Below, one piece after another: positions 24,389 to 32,310 of a stretch of DNA of 62,260 nucleotides; position 1 is the first letter of the stretch, and each line of letters opens with the position of its first letter. Made by a program: the position numbers and the translations under genes. Below the pieces are notes generated by a model. That model worked only from the letters and a program-made list of their open reading frames with translations, was not told where the DNA came from and searched no databases. Origin of the DNA: an uncultured Candidatus Saccharibacteria bacterium (GTDB lineage Bacteria > Patescibacteriota > Saccharimonadia > Saccharimonadales > CAZARM01). The stretch spans positions 1-62,260 of the forward strand of contig CAYXCB010000002.1 of the NCBI GenBank assembly GCA_964463635.1, read 5' to 3'.

Positions 24389-24859
24389 ATGGCGCGCAGA
24401 AACCGCGATGAAGACCTGTTGATGGAAGACGAACTAACGGCAGCATTTCTGGGAGACGATGATCTGGGCACCGATGATACTGCTGCACAGCCTGCAGCTA
24501 CAAATGACGACTGGGAAGAGGACGACGCCGTCCTGCCGGGTCAATTAGCAGTTGACGTATACGAGACCAAGGAAAGATTGGTGGTCAAGGCCCGTACGGC
24601 TGGCGTAAACAAGAACGACCTGGATGTCAGCATTGCTGACAATACGTTGAGTATTCGCGGTACGTTATCAGCTGGTAATGAAGAAGACGTTGAAAACTAC
24701 TTTGTACAGGAATGTTATTGGGGCGAATTTAGCCGCAGCATCGCATTGCCAGTTCCAGTTAAAGAAGACGAGATTGAAGCTGTTCTAAAAGACGGCGTGC
24801 TGACAATCAGCTTCACAAAATTGAAACAGGACACGGTCAAAAAGATCCAAGTCCTATAA
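24389..24859 (+). CDS. Hsp20/alpha-crystallin small heat-shock protein
   Basis: 156 aa. Acidic N-terminus, then the alpha-crystallin domain (AVDVYETKERLVVKARTAGVNKNDLDVSIADNTLSIRG...GVLTISF). Confidence 0.9.
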   Translation: MARRNRDEDLLMEDELTAAFLGDDDLGTDDTAAQPAATNDDWEEDDAVLPGQLAVDVYETKERLVVKARTAGVNKNDLDVSIADNTLSIRGTLSAGNEEDVENYFVQECYWGEFSRSIALPVPVKEDEIEAVLKDGVLTISFTKLKQDTVKKIQVL

Positions 24860-24874
24860 GCCGAAGGCTTAGAT

Positions 24875-24902
24875 GTCATCAGTCATCTGTTATCCGTATT
24901 CA
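24875..24902. repeat. heptanucleotide array flanking cassette 1 (GTCATCA GTCATCT GTTATCC GTATTCA)
   Basis: Four GTYNTCN units between the hsp20 stop and the cassette ORF stop. Confidence 0.55.
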
Positions 24903-24903
24903 G

Positions 24904-25248
24904 TTAGATTTTAAGTGACTTAATAAACCCAGTCAGCAATCTTGAAATGTCCTTAGCTAGGATCAGGCGATTATCGGAATCCTTTATGTAACCATGCCCT
25001 TGACCAATTAACAGCATTGACCTTACCTCCGCCGCTGATCCTCTGGCGATTATAAGAAACTGTCTTAGCTCCTTATCAGACCCCCTGTCGAAGCCTTCGG
25101 CGATATTATTGCTAATTGATAGTGTCGCCCTTAATAATTGATCCTTGTAGGCGTATGCTCTGCAAGTTTCCATATCATGAACAACCAGACCATATAACAG
25201 TTTGGCTTTTTGCCAGGAAACAACGTCTTCGAAAGTCTTAATTGTCAT
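24904..25248 (-). CDS. four-helix-bundle protein (23S rRNA intervening-sequence protein family), cassette 1
   Basis: 114 aa. FEDVVSWQKAKLL...ISNNIAEGFDRGSDKELRQFLIIARGSAAEVRSML. Paralogous to 34560, 36027 and 45656. Confidence 0.85.
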   Translation of the reverse strand: MTIKTFEDVVSWQKAKLLYGLVVHDMETCRAYAYKDQLLRATLSISNNIAEGFDRGSDKELRQFLIIARGSAAEVRSMLLIGQGHGYIKDSDNRLILAKDISRLLTGFIKSLKI

Positions 25249-25250
25249 AG

Positions 25251-25285
25251 TGACGACTGATGACAGAGGACAGACAACAGGTGAC
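25251..25285. repeat. heptanucleotide array flanking cassette 1, inverted arm (TGACGAC TGATGAC AGAGGAC AGACAAC AGGTGAC)
   Basis: The reverse complement gives GTCGTCA GTCATCA GTCCTCT GTTGTCT GTCACCT, the same GTYNTCN consensus as 24875..24902. Confidence 0.55.
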
Positions 25286-25299
25286 TACAACTTAGCAAG

Positions 25300-25716
25300 C
25301 TAAGTTGTAGTTGTAACTTTGGTGAGCACAAATCGTACGATGAACTGCGCCAGGGCAACTACGACCAGGCCAATGACAGCGTAGACGATGGTGCTTTTGG
25401 CACCGGCCACGTTACTATCATTACCGCCAGACGTAATGTATTTGAAGCCTCCGACGATAATCATAATCACTGAGACAATACCCACAAACAGAGAGAACAG
25501 ATTAATTATAGTCTTCAGGATACTGTTGATACGGTCATTGGCCTCAGTGTCATTGGTTGGATCACATTCTGTATCGTTAGCATTTAGCTGCGTACCGGCA
25601 CACAGACCTTTTTCAATTTCTGTCTGGGCATAAACTGCTGTAGGTACGGCTACAGGAACAGCTACCATGCCGAACACAGCCAGGCTGGTTAGAAGCGCTT
25701 TAATTTTTTTGATCAT
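25300..25716 (-). CDS. T4SS pilin-like protein, paralog 1
   Basis: 138 aa. Signal peptide, Cys pair (GLCAG...ECDP) and a conserved C-terminal two-TM hairpin ...VSVIMIIVGGFKYITSGGNDSNVAGAKSTIVYAVIGLVVVALAQFIV. Confidence 0.7.
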   Translation of the reverse strand: MIKKIKALLTSLAVFGMVAVPVAVPTAVYAQTEIEKGLCAGTQLNANDTECDPTNDTEANDRINSILKTIINLFSLFVGIVSVIMIIVGGFKYITSGGNDSNVAGAKSTIVYAVIGLVVVALAQFIVRFVLTKVTTTT

Positions 25717-25780
25717 CTTTTTAGTTACCCTTTCTTAAAATATAACTTTACTTATACCATACACTTCTTGGTGACATCAA

Positions 25781-26179
25781 CTACGGCGCAGTGACACGGT
25801 TGACTACAAAGCGGACAATTATTTGCGCCAAAGCCACAATAGCCAGGCCAACTAGAGCAAACAGAATAGTGTTTTTGGCACTGTTAATGGCATTGGAATC
25901 TCCGCTTGACATGATGTACTTTAGTCCGCCGACGATGATCATAATAACGGCTATAACTCCCACAACCAGGCTCAATAAGTTTATGACTGTTTTGATAGTG
26001 CTATCAACATCAGGGCTTCCGGTCGGATTAGCACAGGTATTGCCACCACCGCCTGTCAGACCTATGCCCTCACAGACATCGGCTTTGCTTTGGGCTGAAA
26101 CAAGTACTGCTGGGCTAAATGCTAGAAGGCAACATAAGGCAGTGAGGCTAAGGCTTAGTTTTTTGATAAATGATTTCAT
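25781..26179 (-). CDS. T4SS pilin-like protein, paralog 2
   Basis: 132 aa. Signal peptide, Cys pair, ...IAVIMIIVGGLKYIMSSGDSNAINSAKNTILFALVGLAIVALAQIIV. Confidence 0.7.
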   Translation of the reverse strand: MKSFIKKLSLSLTALCCLLAFSPAVLVSAQSKADVCEGIGLTGGGGNTCANPTGSPDVDSTIKTVINLLSLVVGVIAVIMIIVGGLKYIMSSGDSNAINSAKNTILFALVGLAIVALAQIIVRFVVNRVTAP

Positions 26180-26202
26180 ACGATAAATCTCCTTTATTAA
26201 AA

Positions 26203-26604
26203 TTATAACTTGTTTAGCACGAATGTAATTATTGCCCGCGACAGCAAAGTAATAACCATGCCGACTAAGGCATAAATAATGGTATCTTTAGCTTTATTAA
26301 GCCGTGCTGGGTCGCCGCCGGATATAACATACTGAACGGCACCAATTAATATCATTAATACCGAGGCGATTCCCACAACTATGGTGATTATGCCGGCCGC
26401 TTTAGTGACGACGCCGTTAGGGCCCAAAATCGAATTGTTGCCAGGAGTCTGTGGGGTAGCATTGTCTTTGCATAATGTAGCTTGCGGATTATTCAAGCAG
26501 ACTGGATCTAAAACTGCCTCTTGGGCCAATGAGACTCGGGGCACGGCCAGAAGTACTAGAACAAATAATGACACAAGGCTTAGGTAAGTGAATAAGTTTT
26601 TCAT
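26203..26604 (-). CDS. T4SS pilin-like protein, paralog 3
   Basis: 133 aa. Signal peptide, Cys pair (PVCLNNPQATLC), ...ASVLMILIGAVQYVISGGDPARLNKAKDTIIYALVGMVITLL. Confidence 0.7.
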   Translation of the reverse strand: MKNLFTYLSLVSLFVLVLLAVPRVSLAQEAVLDPVCLNNPQATLCKDNATPQTPGNNSILGPNGVVTKAAGIITIVVGIASVLMILIGAVQYVISGGDPARLNKAKDTIIYALVGMVITLLSRAIITFVLNKL

Positions 26605-26909
26605 ACTCGTCTTATCACAAAGTTTACAATACTAAAGCCAGCCAAACAGATAACTAACCCGAGCAGAGCGTATATAATTGTATTCTTGGCTTTGGCTATG
26701 CCTTGGGGGTCGCCATTGGACAAGGCGAACTTTAAGCCCGATATGGCAATAATAATCAGGGCTGCCCCGCCAGCCGCGGCAAAAACCAGCCTGAGTACTG
26801 AGCCCACAGTTCCTCCTGGACCATTAGTAATTTGGATTCTGGGCAGATTAACACTTGTATTTGGGTCTTTGATAATACTTTCGGCAAACATGTATAGATG
26901 CTTAATCAT
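26601..26909 (-). CDS. T4SS pilin-like protein, paralog 4 (short, no Cys pair)
   Basis: 102 aa. ...AALIIIAISGLKFALSNGDPQGIAKAKNTIIYALLGLVICLAGFSIV. Overlaps both neighbours by 4 nt. Confidence 0.65.
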   Translation of the reverse strand: MIKHLYMFAESIIKDPNTSVNLPRIQITNGPGGTVGSVLRLVFAAAGGAALIIIAISGLKFALSNGDPQGIAKAKNTIIYALLGLVICLAGFSIVNFVIRRV

Positions 26910-27412
26910 TTAATAGCTCCTGCGACTAAGTTAACTATAGCAGTCGCGAATATGGCAATAACCAGACCAATCAAGGCATTGATTATGGTGCTTCGGGACT
27001 CTTTGGTTCGCTCGGGTTCGCCTTGGCTGAGTATATATTGAATACCGCCAAATATGACAAAACCGATTGCCACAATTAAGCCTATCCTAAGGATGATTTC
27101 AAATACTGCCAGCAGGATAGACCCGATGGCGGCCCGCCAGTCAGTATTTTCTACTATTTCGCCTTTAGAATTTGTGGCCTTGTATGTTGGTAACTCAACG
27201 TTGCAGGATTTACCGTCATGTTTTACATCTAAATATTTGTACCAGGTCGGAAATTCCAGAAATGACCTGGATTTATCGCATTTGGGATCGACTGCCGCGT
27301 ATGCAGTATTTGGAGCCACTATTAAGCTACCGACGCTAAGACTGATAACTAAAAATATCAGTAACGTAATCTGCTTTGCTAGTTTCATAAAATACCTCCG
27401 GGCACCAGCCAT
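26906..27412 (-). CDS. T4SS pilin-like protein, paralog 5 (extended N-terminal domain)
   Basis: 168 aa. Signal peptide, Cys pair, ...FVIFGGIQYILSQGEPERTKESRSTIINALIGLVIAIFATAIV. Confidence 0.65.
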   Translation of the reverse strand: MAGARRYFMKLAKQITLLIFLVISLSVGSLIVAPNTAYAAVDPKCDKSRSFLEFPTWYKYLDVKHDGKSCNVELPTYKATNSKGEIVENTDWRAAIGSILLAVFEIILRIGLIVAIGFVIFGGIQYILSQGEPERTKESRSTIINALIGLVIAIFATAIVNLVAGAIK

Positions 27413-27933
27413 TGTAAGAGCGCAAACCCCATTAGGTAGAAAACCAAGGCCAACAGGGCATTGACTATGCGCCCCTTGGCAGCCGCTATGGCTTGTGGGT
27501 TATCTCTGGCCGTTGAGTATTGTATGCCCCCAACCGCCACCATAATCACAATCACTACGCCAACAACTGCCGACAGCACATTGATAAAAATTATCAAATA
27601 AGCGACTATGCCACAGGTTTCCTGGTTGATACCGACGTCGTTGCCGGCCGCGTCTTTACCAGTACAATCTGCGTCAGTAGTACCGCCGCCGCTTCCGCCT
27701 GCTGACTCAACACTGTCCAGGGTTGGGCTGCCAGTTTTGTGGTCAGCACATTTTTCATTATATTCTTGAGGGGTATAAGAGCCCCCTGGGAAGGTCGCCA
27801 ACGCGCCATCAGGACATGACTCCTCTATTAAAGCTGCAGCAGGCCTAGCAAAGCCGACGCCCGCAAGTAAAGATATGGCGAGAGCTGATATTAATACGTA
27901 ATAAAAGCGCAATTTGTATTTTGAGCTAAGCAT
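27385..27933 (-). CDS. T4SS pilin-like protein, paralog 6 (four Cys, longest variable domain)
   Basis: 182 aa. Signal peptide, ...VIVIMVAVGGIQYSTARDNPQAIAAAKGRIVNALLALVFYLMGFALL. First gene of the minus-strand pilin operon. Confidence 0.65.
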   Translation of the reverse strand: MLSSKYKLRFYYVLISALAISLLAGVGFARPAAALIEESCPDGALATFPGGSYTPQEYNEKCADHKTGSPTLDSVESAGGSGGGTTDADCTGKDAAGNDVGINQETCGIVAYLIIFINVLSAVVGVVIVIMVAVGGIQYSTARDNPQAIAAAKGRIVNALLALVFYLMGFALLQWLVPGGIL

Positions 27934-28038
27934 TTAGGATAACTATAATCTCTTTAGGCCACCCTGGCAAGTCATGTCAACAGTGTAAAGCTTGACAACG
28001 ATGATAATAATTTCACCATAGACCAATTTGACTGTTTG

Positions 28039-28047
28039 TGGTATAAT
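28039..28047 (+). promoter_or_regulatory. extended -10 promoter (TGgTATAAT) of the plus-strand T4SS operon
   Basis: TGGTATAAT lies 50 nt upstream of the ATG at 28098, in the divergent region shared with the pilin operon. Confidence 0.5.
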
Positions 28048-28097
28048 TGCATAATAAACCATTGGTGAGTGAGATTAAGTTTAGGAAAAGGAAAACC

Positions 28098-28916
28098 ATG
28101 GCACACGGAACGGATCACGACAAAATAACTAGCCCCGAAGCCCCGGATTTAACACCTGGCCAGGAAAAGGTTCCGCACGCTGGCCGTCTGCCGGCCGAGC
28201 TAGGTGGCGAACGTCCGGTCAGGATATTCCCTGAATCACTTGAGGAAGCCGACGCCAGAAAGCTAGTACACCCCGTCCCACCTGACGCTAGTCAACTCCT
28301 TGAAACAAAGCGAGGCTGGCTTAGACCTCTTGCTATAGGTGCATTCGGTGCCCTAGGTGTTGGCGTTGCGATTTTTGGACTTACCAGAGGGAGCGACAAG
28401 GACCAGACTGCTGTGGCTGTGGCTACTACCGAAAAAGATCCGTCTACCACCGAGACCACCTATCCGCCCCTTGAACTTTTCCCCTCTTATACTGAGAAGT
28501 TTGAGCCGGAGCCAGTAACAGGCCCCGGAGCAGAGACAATTACATCCCAGCTGCGAAAAGATTTTTATTATGCCATTGTTGCCCGGAAGGATCCTTTGAG
28601 GGAGCAGTACATAAATTACATGGTGAATGATGATCCGGAGTTGGCTACCATACTCCTGGATATATTGACCGACGCACGAGCAGCTTATGCTTTTTCCGGG
28701 CTGTCAGAGGAAGAATACTTTGACCAGCAAATGGACACATGGGAGCCAACTGCCGAAAGTGTCGTAGGTGATGAAACCCTGCGCCTTGCTATTCTTCATA
28801 CCGACCCTACCGTAGGCGAGTCGGCACTGGTCAACTGGGATGTCCGCATGATTGAAGACACTAAGTCACCGACGGGCAAGCGTTTCATAGTTACCGGTTA
28901 CCAACGAGTCGAATAA
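28098..28916 (+). CDS. hypothetical single-pass membrane protein, first gene of the T4SS operon
   Basis: ATG preceded by AGGAAAAGGAAAA. One TM (LRPLAIGAFGALGVGVAIFGL) and an acidic C-terminal domain. The track start (28047) lies in the promoter. Confidence 0.55.
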   Translation: MAHGTDHDKITSPEAPDLTPGQEKVPHAGRLPAELGGERPVRIFPESLEEADARKLVHPVPPDASQLLETKRGWLRPLAIGAFGALGVGVAIFGLTRGSDKDQTAVAVATTEKDPSTTETTYPPLELFPSYTEKFEPEPVTGPGAETITSQLRKDFYYAIVARKDPLREQYINYMVNDDPELATILLDILTDARAAYAFSGLSEEEYFDQQMDTWEPTAESVVGDETLRLAILHTDPTVGESALVNWDVRMIEDTKSPTGKRFIVTGYQRVE

Positions 28917-28988
28917 ATCCCGCTCAACTCCTTGGATCAGATGGTTGTATCTTGTTTATGGCTAGTTTTTTTGCTTATATATACCTAA

Positions 28989-31900
28989 ATGCGTCGTAAA
29001 TTAGCCACCCTTGCAGCCTGCGGACTGATCCTGCTTTCAGTCTCTATGTCTTTATTAGTTAGCCTTTATCCGGTGCCAGTGAGCGCTACGGAAACTGTAG
29101 CAAAGGATGAGGAAAGGCGCCTGCTGATTGCCTTTAAATATTGTCTAAGCAATCAAAAGATCGATGAAAGCGACAATGGGAACCCTGCCGAAGATTTCAA
29201 CGACATATGGGATGACGGCAATAACGGCTTCAGTCGAGAAGACGTTGTGGTGGGGTTTGAGCTGGAAGGTGATAATGGCGTCAAGTCTTGCCAAACTAGC
29301 GTTATGCCAGGGCTGCAGCTTTTAGAGTCAAACGTATCGTCTCCCGAACAAGCCAATGCCCGACTATACGATTTGCTGGCAGATTCGGATGGCGGTAAAT
29401 TTAGGTCAAACCGAGACACCCTAGTTCGCCGAATAGATGAAGCCATTACAAAACTCGGCCCTGACCCCAGGCGAGGCTTTACCGCCAGCCGGCTGGCACC
29501 CCTTATAACGCATTGTTATGACCTTAAGACAGATGACCCCCAGCTAGATGCTGGCAGCCAGAACTTTCGGGCCAAACTAAAAGGTACTACTTATTTCTTT
29601 GAGCACACTAAGCCGGATGACGATAGTTTTGAATGGATCGACCAAGGAGACGGCGGCCGCGATGCGGGCGTCGGACAACGCTACAACACCATCGGCGATG
29701 TTTCACTTTCTTTCACGGCGGGCGGTGCTAAAGATTTTGAATCGTTTGAAGATGACTTTTTCCCATTTGGTTCAGACTTACAAAACTTTACAAATTCTGG
29801 GCACACCGGAACTGGGAATAATGGCATTTTAGATTGTAGGTTTATAAAGGAAAAGGTGGAGTCAGGATTCTTTACTGATGACGTCGTAGAATCAGTCAAT
29901 GTCGACACAAATTCTATAGTAACTGGTATAGATATCGATGGTGACGGTAAGGTTGACGAAGTAATTGAACAAGTAAACACCGGCCCGACTGGCGGTGGGG
30001 CCGGAGACGAGCCCTCGTGTGAAAACGACGGCGGCGAGTCGAGCTGGATCTTGTGTCCGGCGCTCCGGGTGGCCAGCAGCTTTTTGCAAACTATCGACGA
30101 GAAGCTAAATGACTTACTGAGTTTGGATAGCGATTATTACAATAATAGTGACCTGCGTGAAACGTGGCAGAGAATACGCAACCTGGCTTATGTGATCCTG
30201 ATACCTATTATGCTAGTAATGGTTATCAGCACAGCTCTGGGCTTTGAACTTATTAGCGCTTATACAGTTAAAAAAGCTTTGCCTAGATTTTTTGTGGCAA
30301 TACTATTCATGACTCTATCGTTTGATATTACTAAGTTTTTAATTATTCTAACTAATGACGTTGGCCAGGGGATGCAGGGCCTGGTAATTTCCTCTTTCAC
30401 AGGCCAAGGCGAGCTGACGCTGGCCAGTTTGTTTGACCCGGGTGGCTACTCTGGGGCGTTATTTACTGGAGCAGCCGTAGCGGGTGTCGTTCTTGGCCCA
30501 GGACTTATTCTTGTCCTTGCCAGCTATCTATTTGTCGGAGGCCTCGCACTGCTTATAGCGCTGTTGGCTTTTTCTCTCCGTCAAATGCTGCTAATAATGT
30601 CTATGGTCTTGGCGCCTTTAGCAATTTTGGCTTGGATATTCCCTGGCAATGATAAGCTTTGGAAATTATGGTGGGGAGCATTCTCAAAACTTCTCCTGCT
30701 TTACCCGCTTATTATGGTTCTGATTGGTGGTGGCAAGGCATTTGCAGCAATTGTTCAGCAAGTAGGCGTTAGCGACTTTTTGGCAACAGTTCTCAAGTTA
30801 GCGGCATATATAGGTCCTTACTTCTTTATACCAGCCATGTTCAAGTTTGCCGGCGGTATCTTTGCTACCGTTACCGGTATGGCCAACGACCGGAGCAAGG
30901 GCCTCTTTGACCGCCAAAAGAAATACCGTGAGCGTAAGCTTGGCGAAAAATTCACTGACGCCAAGCGCGGTGAGTACTACAAACGAGACAATGCCATTAG
31001 CCGGGCGGTTAATCGCGGCGGTATAGGAATTGGCGCAGGCTACAAAGGCGGGTTTGGTTTTGGCCGACGTGGCGAAGAAGCGCGAGCCAGAATCGGTCAG
31101 GAAGCAGCCACAGACGCTACGCAAAACAACAAAAAACTCCGTGAACTTATTCTCAATGACGACCATGGCGGCGCCGTGATGGCACTAAGTGGAGGAACAT
31201 TACGAGGCGCCGAGCAAGCCTCACATGATTTAGCCGCTGGTTGGATGCGATCAGATCCGACTTTGTCTGCCGCTGACGCTGAAACCCGCCGTGTTCGAGC
31301 TTTGGCCGCAGCACGGGCAACTGGTATTACGCGTACTAATGCCCAGGCCGCGATGACAATGATGATGCAAAACAAAGCTCGCTCAGTTGGTGATGGTGAC
31401 TGGGCTACTGTTCAGGCAGGTATCGATAGGCTCCATCCAAATAACACAACCGCGGCCGAGCAAATGAGAGACAGCGCCCAGTTCTTTGCGCGCGGTAATG
31501 GCCGAGCCGATCTTGGCGGTGCTACGCCTGGTGCCGGATATGGGCGCATCCAGCCAGGGCAATTGGTTACTGGCCATCCTTCTGGAGTACGTGCAGTAAC
31601 ACAAGAGCTACAGACTAGGTATAACATGGCGCTGGCGACTGGTAATTACGATGATGCTACCGATGCAGCCAGCGAAATCACAGCCTTGCGTAGTGTGGCC
31701 GGATCTGCCACGCCAGAAAACCGTGTTATACTTGGCGAATTCTTTGATGGAGTTGCCGGAATCGACACAGGTGATCAAAGAAGCCTGGACGAGCAGTTTG
31801 GTGATTTTCTTTCGTTTACATCCGGAGGTACGGCTGGAACCACAAATGAAGTCACCAATAGAATAAGAGCCCAAGCAGGCCTCTACGATCAAGGAACCAG

Positions 31901-32261
31901 AGGATTGCCCGTGGGCGCCCCGGGTGGACCGGGCGCTCCGGGTGGACCTCCTATCCCTCCCGCACCTCCTGCTGGTGGTGCCGGTGGGGCTGCAGGTGGG
32001 CCTCCCCCTCCTTCTGACCGCCGACTTAAAAGAAACATAGAGCCCCTAGTGGAGCTAGAAAATGGTATAAAACTTTATAAGTTCCAGTATTTGTGGAGCA
32101 ACCAAAGCTACGTTGGTGTTATGGCGCAGGATTTACTTGATACACACCCATCAGCAATTTCTATAGGTGCAAATGGTTTTTATCGCGTAAATTACACTCT
32201 CTTAGGACTAGAGATGCTCACCTGGGAAGAATACCTGAAGCGCACCAAAGCACCAGTATAA
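28989..32261 (+). CDS. VirB6/TrbL-like polytopic T4SS channel protein with a C-terminal tail-spike intramolecular-chaperone (peptidase S74-like) domain
   Basis: 1090 aa. Signal peptide, ~360-aa extracytoplasmic domain, a block of TM helices (about nt 30170-30910), a soluble region, a Gly/Pro linker (GAPGGPGAPGGPPIPPAPPAGGAGG...PPPP), then SDRRLKRNIEPL...VGVMAQDLLDTHPSAI...YRVNYTLLG. Confidence 0.65.
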   Translation: MRRKLATLAACGLILLSVSMSLLVSLYPVPVSATETVAKDEERRLLIAFKYCLSNQKIDESDNGNPAEDFNDIWDDGNNGFSREDVVVGFELEGDNGVKSCQTSVMPGLQLLESNVSSPEQANARLYDLLADSDGGKFRSNRDTLVRRIDEAITKLGPDPRRGFTASRLAPLITHCYDLKTDDPQLDAGSQNFRAKLKGTTYFFEHTKPDDDSFEWIDQGDGGRDAGVGQRYNTIGDVSLSFTAGGAKDFESFEDDFFPFGSDLQNFTNSGHTGTGNNGILDCRFIKEKVESGFFTDDVVESVNVDTNSIVTGIDIDGDGKVDEVIEQVNTGPTGGGAGDEPSCENDGGESSWILCPALRVASSFLQTIDEKLNDLLSLDSDYYNNSDLRETWQRIRNLAYVILIPIMLVMVISTALGFELISAYTVKKALPRFFVAILFMTLSFDITKFLIILTNDVGQGMQGLVISSFTGQGELTLASLFDPGGYSGALFTGAAVAGVVLGPGLILVLASYLFVGGLALLIALLAFSLRQMLLIMSMVLAPLAILAWIFPGNDKLWKLWWGAFSKLLLLYPLIMVLIGGGKAFAAIVQQVGVSDFLATVLKLAAYIGPYFFIPAMFKFAGGIFATVTGMANDRSKGLFDRQKKYRERKLGEKFTDAKRGEYYKRDNAISRAVNRGGIGIGAGYKGGFGFGRRGEEARARIGQEAATDATQNNKKLRELILNDDHGGAVMALSGGTLRGAEQASHDLAAGWMRSDPTLSAADAETRRVRALAAARATGITRTNAQAAMTMMMQNKARSVGDGDWATVQAGIDRLHPNNTTAAEQMRDSAQFFARGNGRADLGGATPGAGYGRIQPGQLVTGHPSGVRAVTQELQTRYNMALATGNYDDATDAASEITALRSVAGSATPENRVILGEFFDGVAGIDTGDQRSLDEQFGDFLSFTSGGTAGTTNEVTNRIRAQAGLYDQGTRGLPVGAPGGPGAPGGPPIPPAPPAGGAGGAAGGPPPPSDRRLKRNIEPLVELENGIKLYKFQYLWSNQSYVGVMAQDLLDTHPSAISIGANGFYRVNYTLLGLEMLTWEEYLKRTKAPV

Positions 32262-32310
32262 GTAATATAATATTGACTATTATGCATTTTTATGCTACCA
32301 TAAAGTAGTA

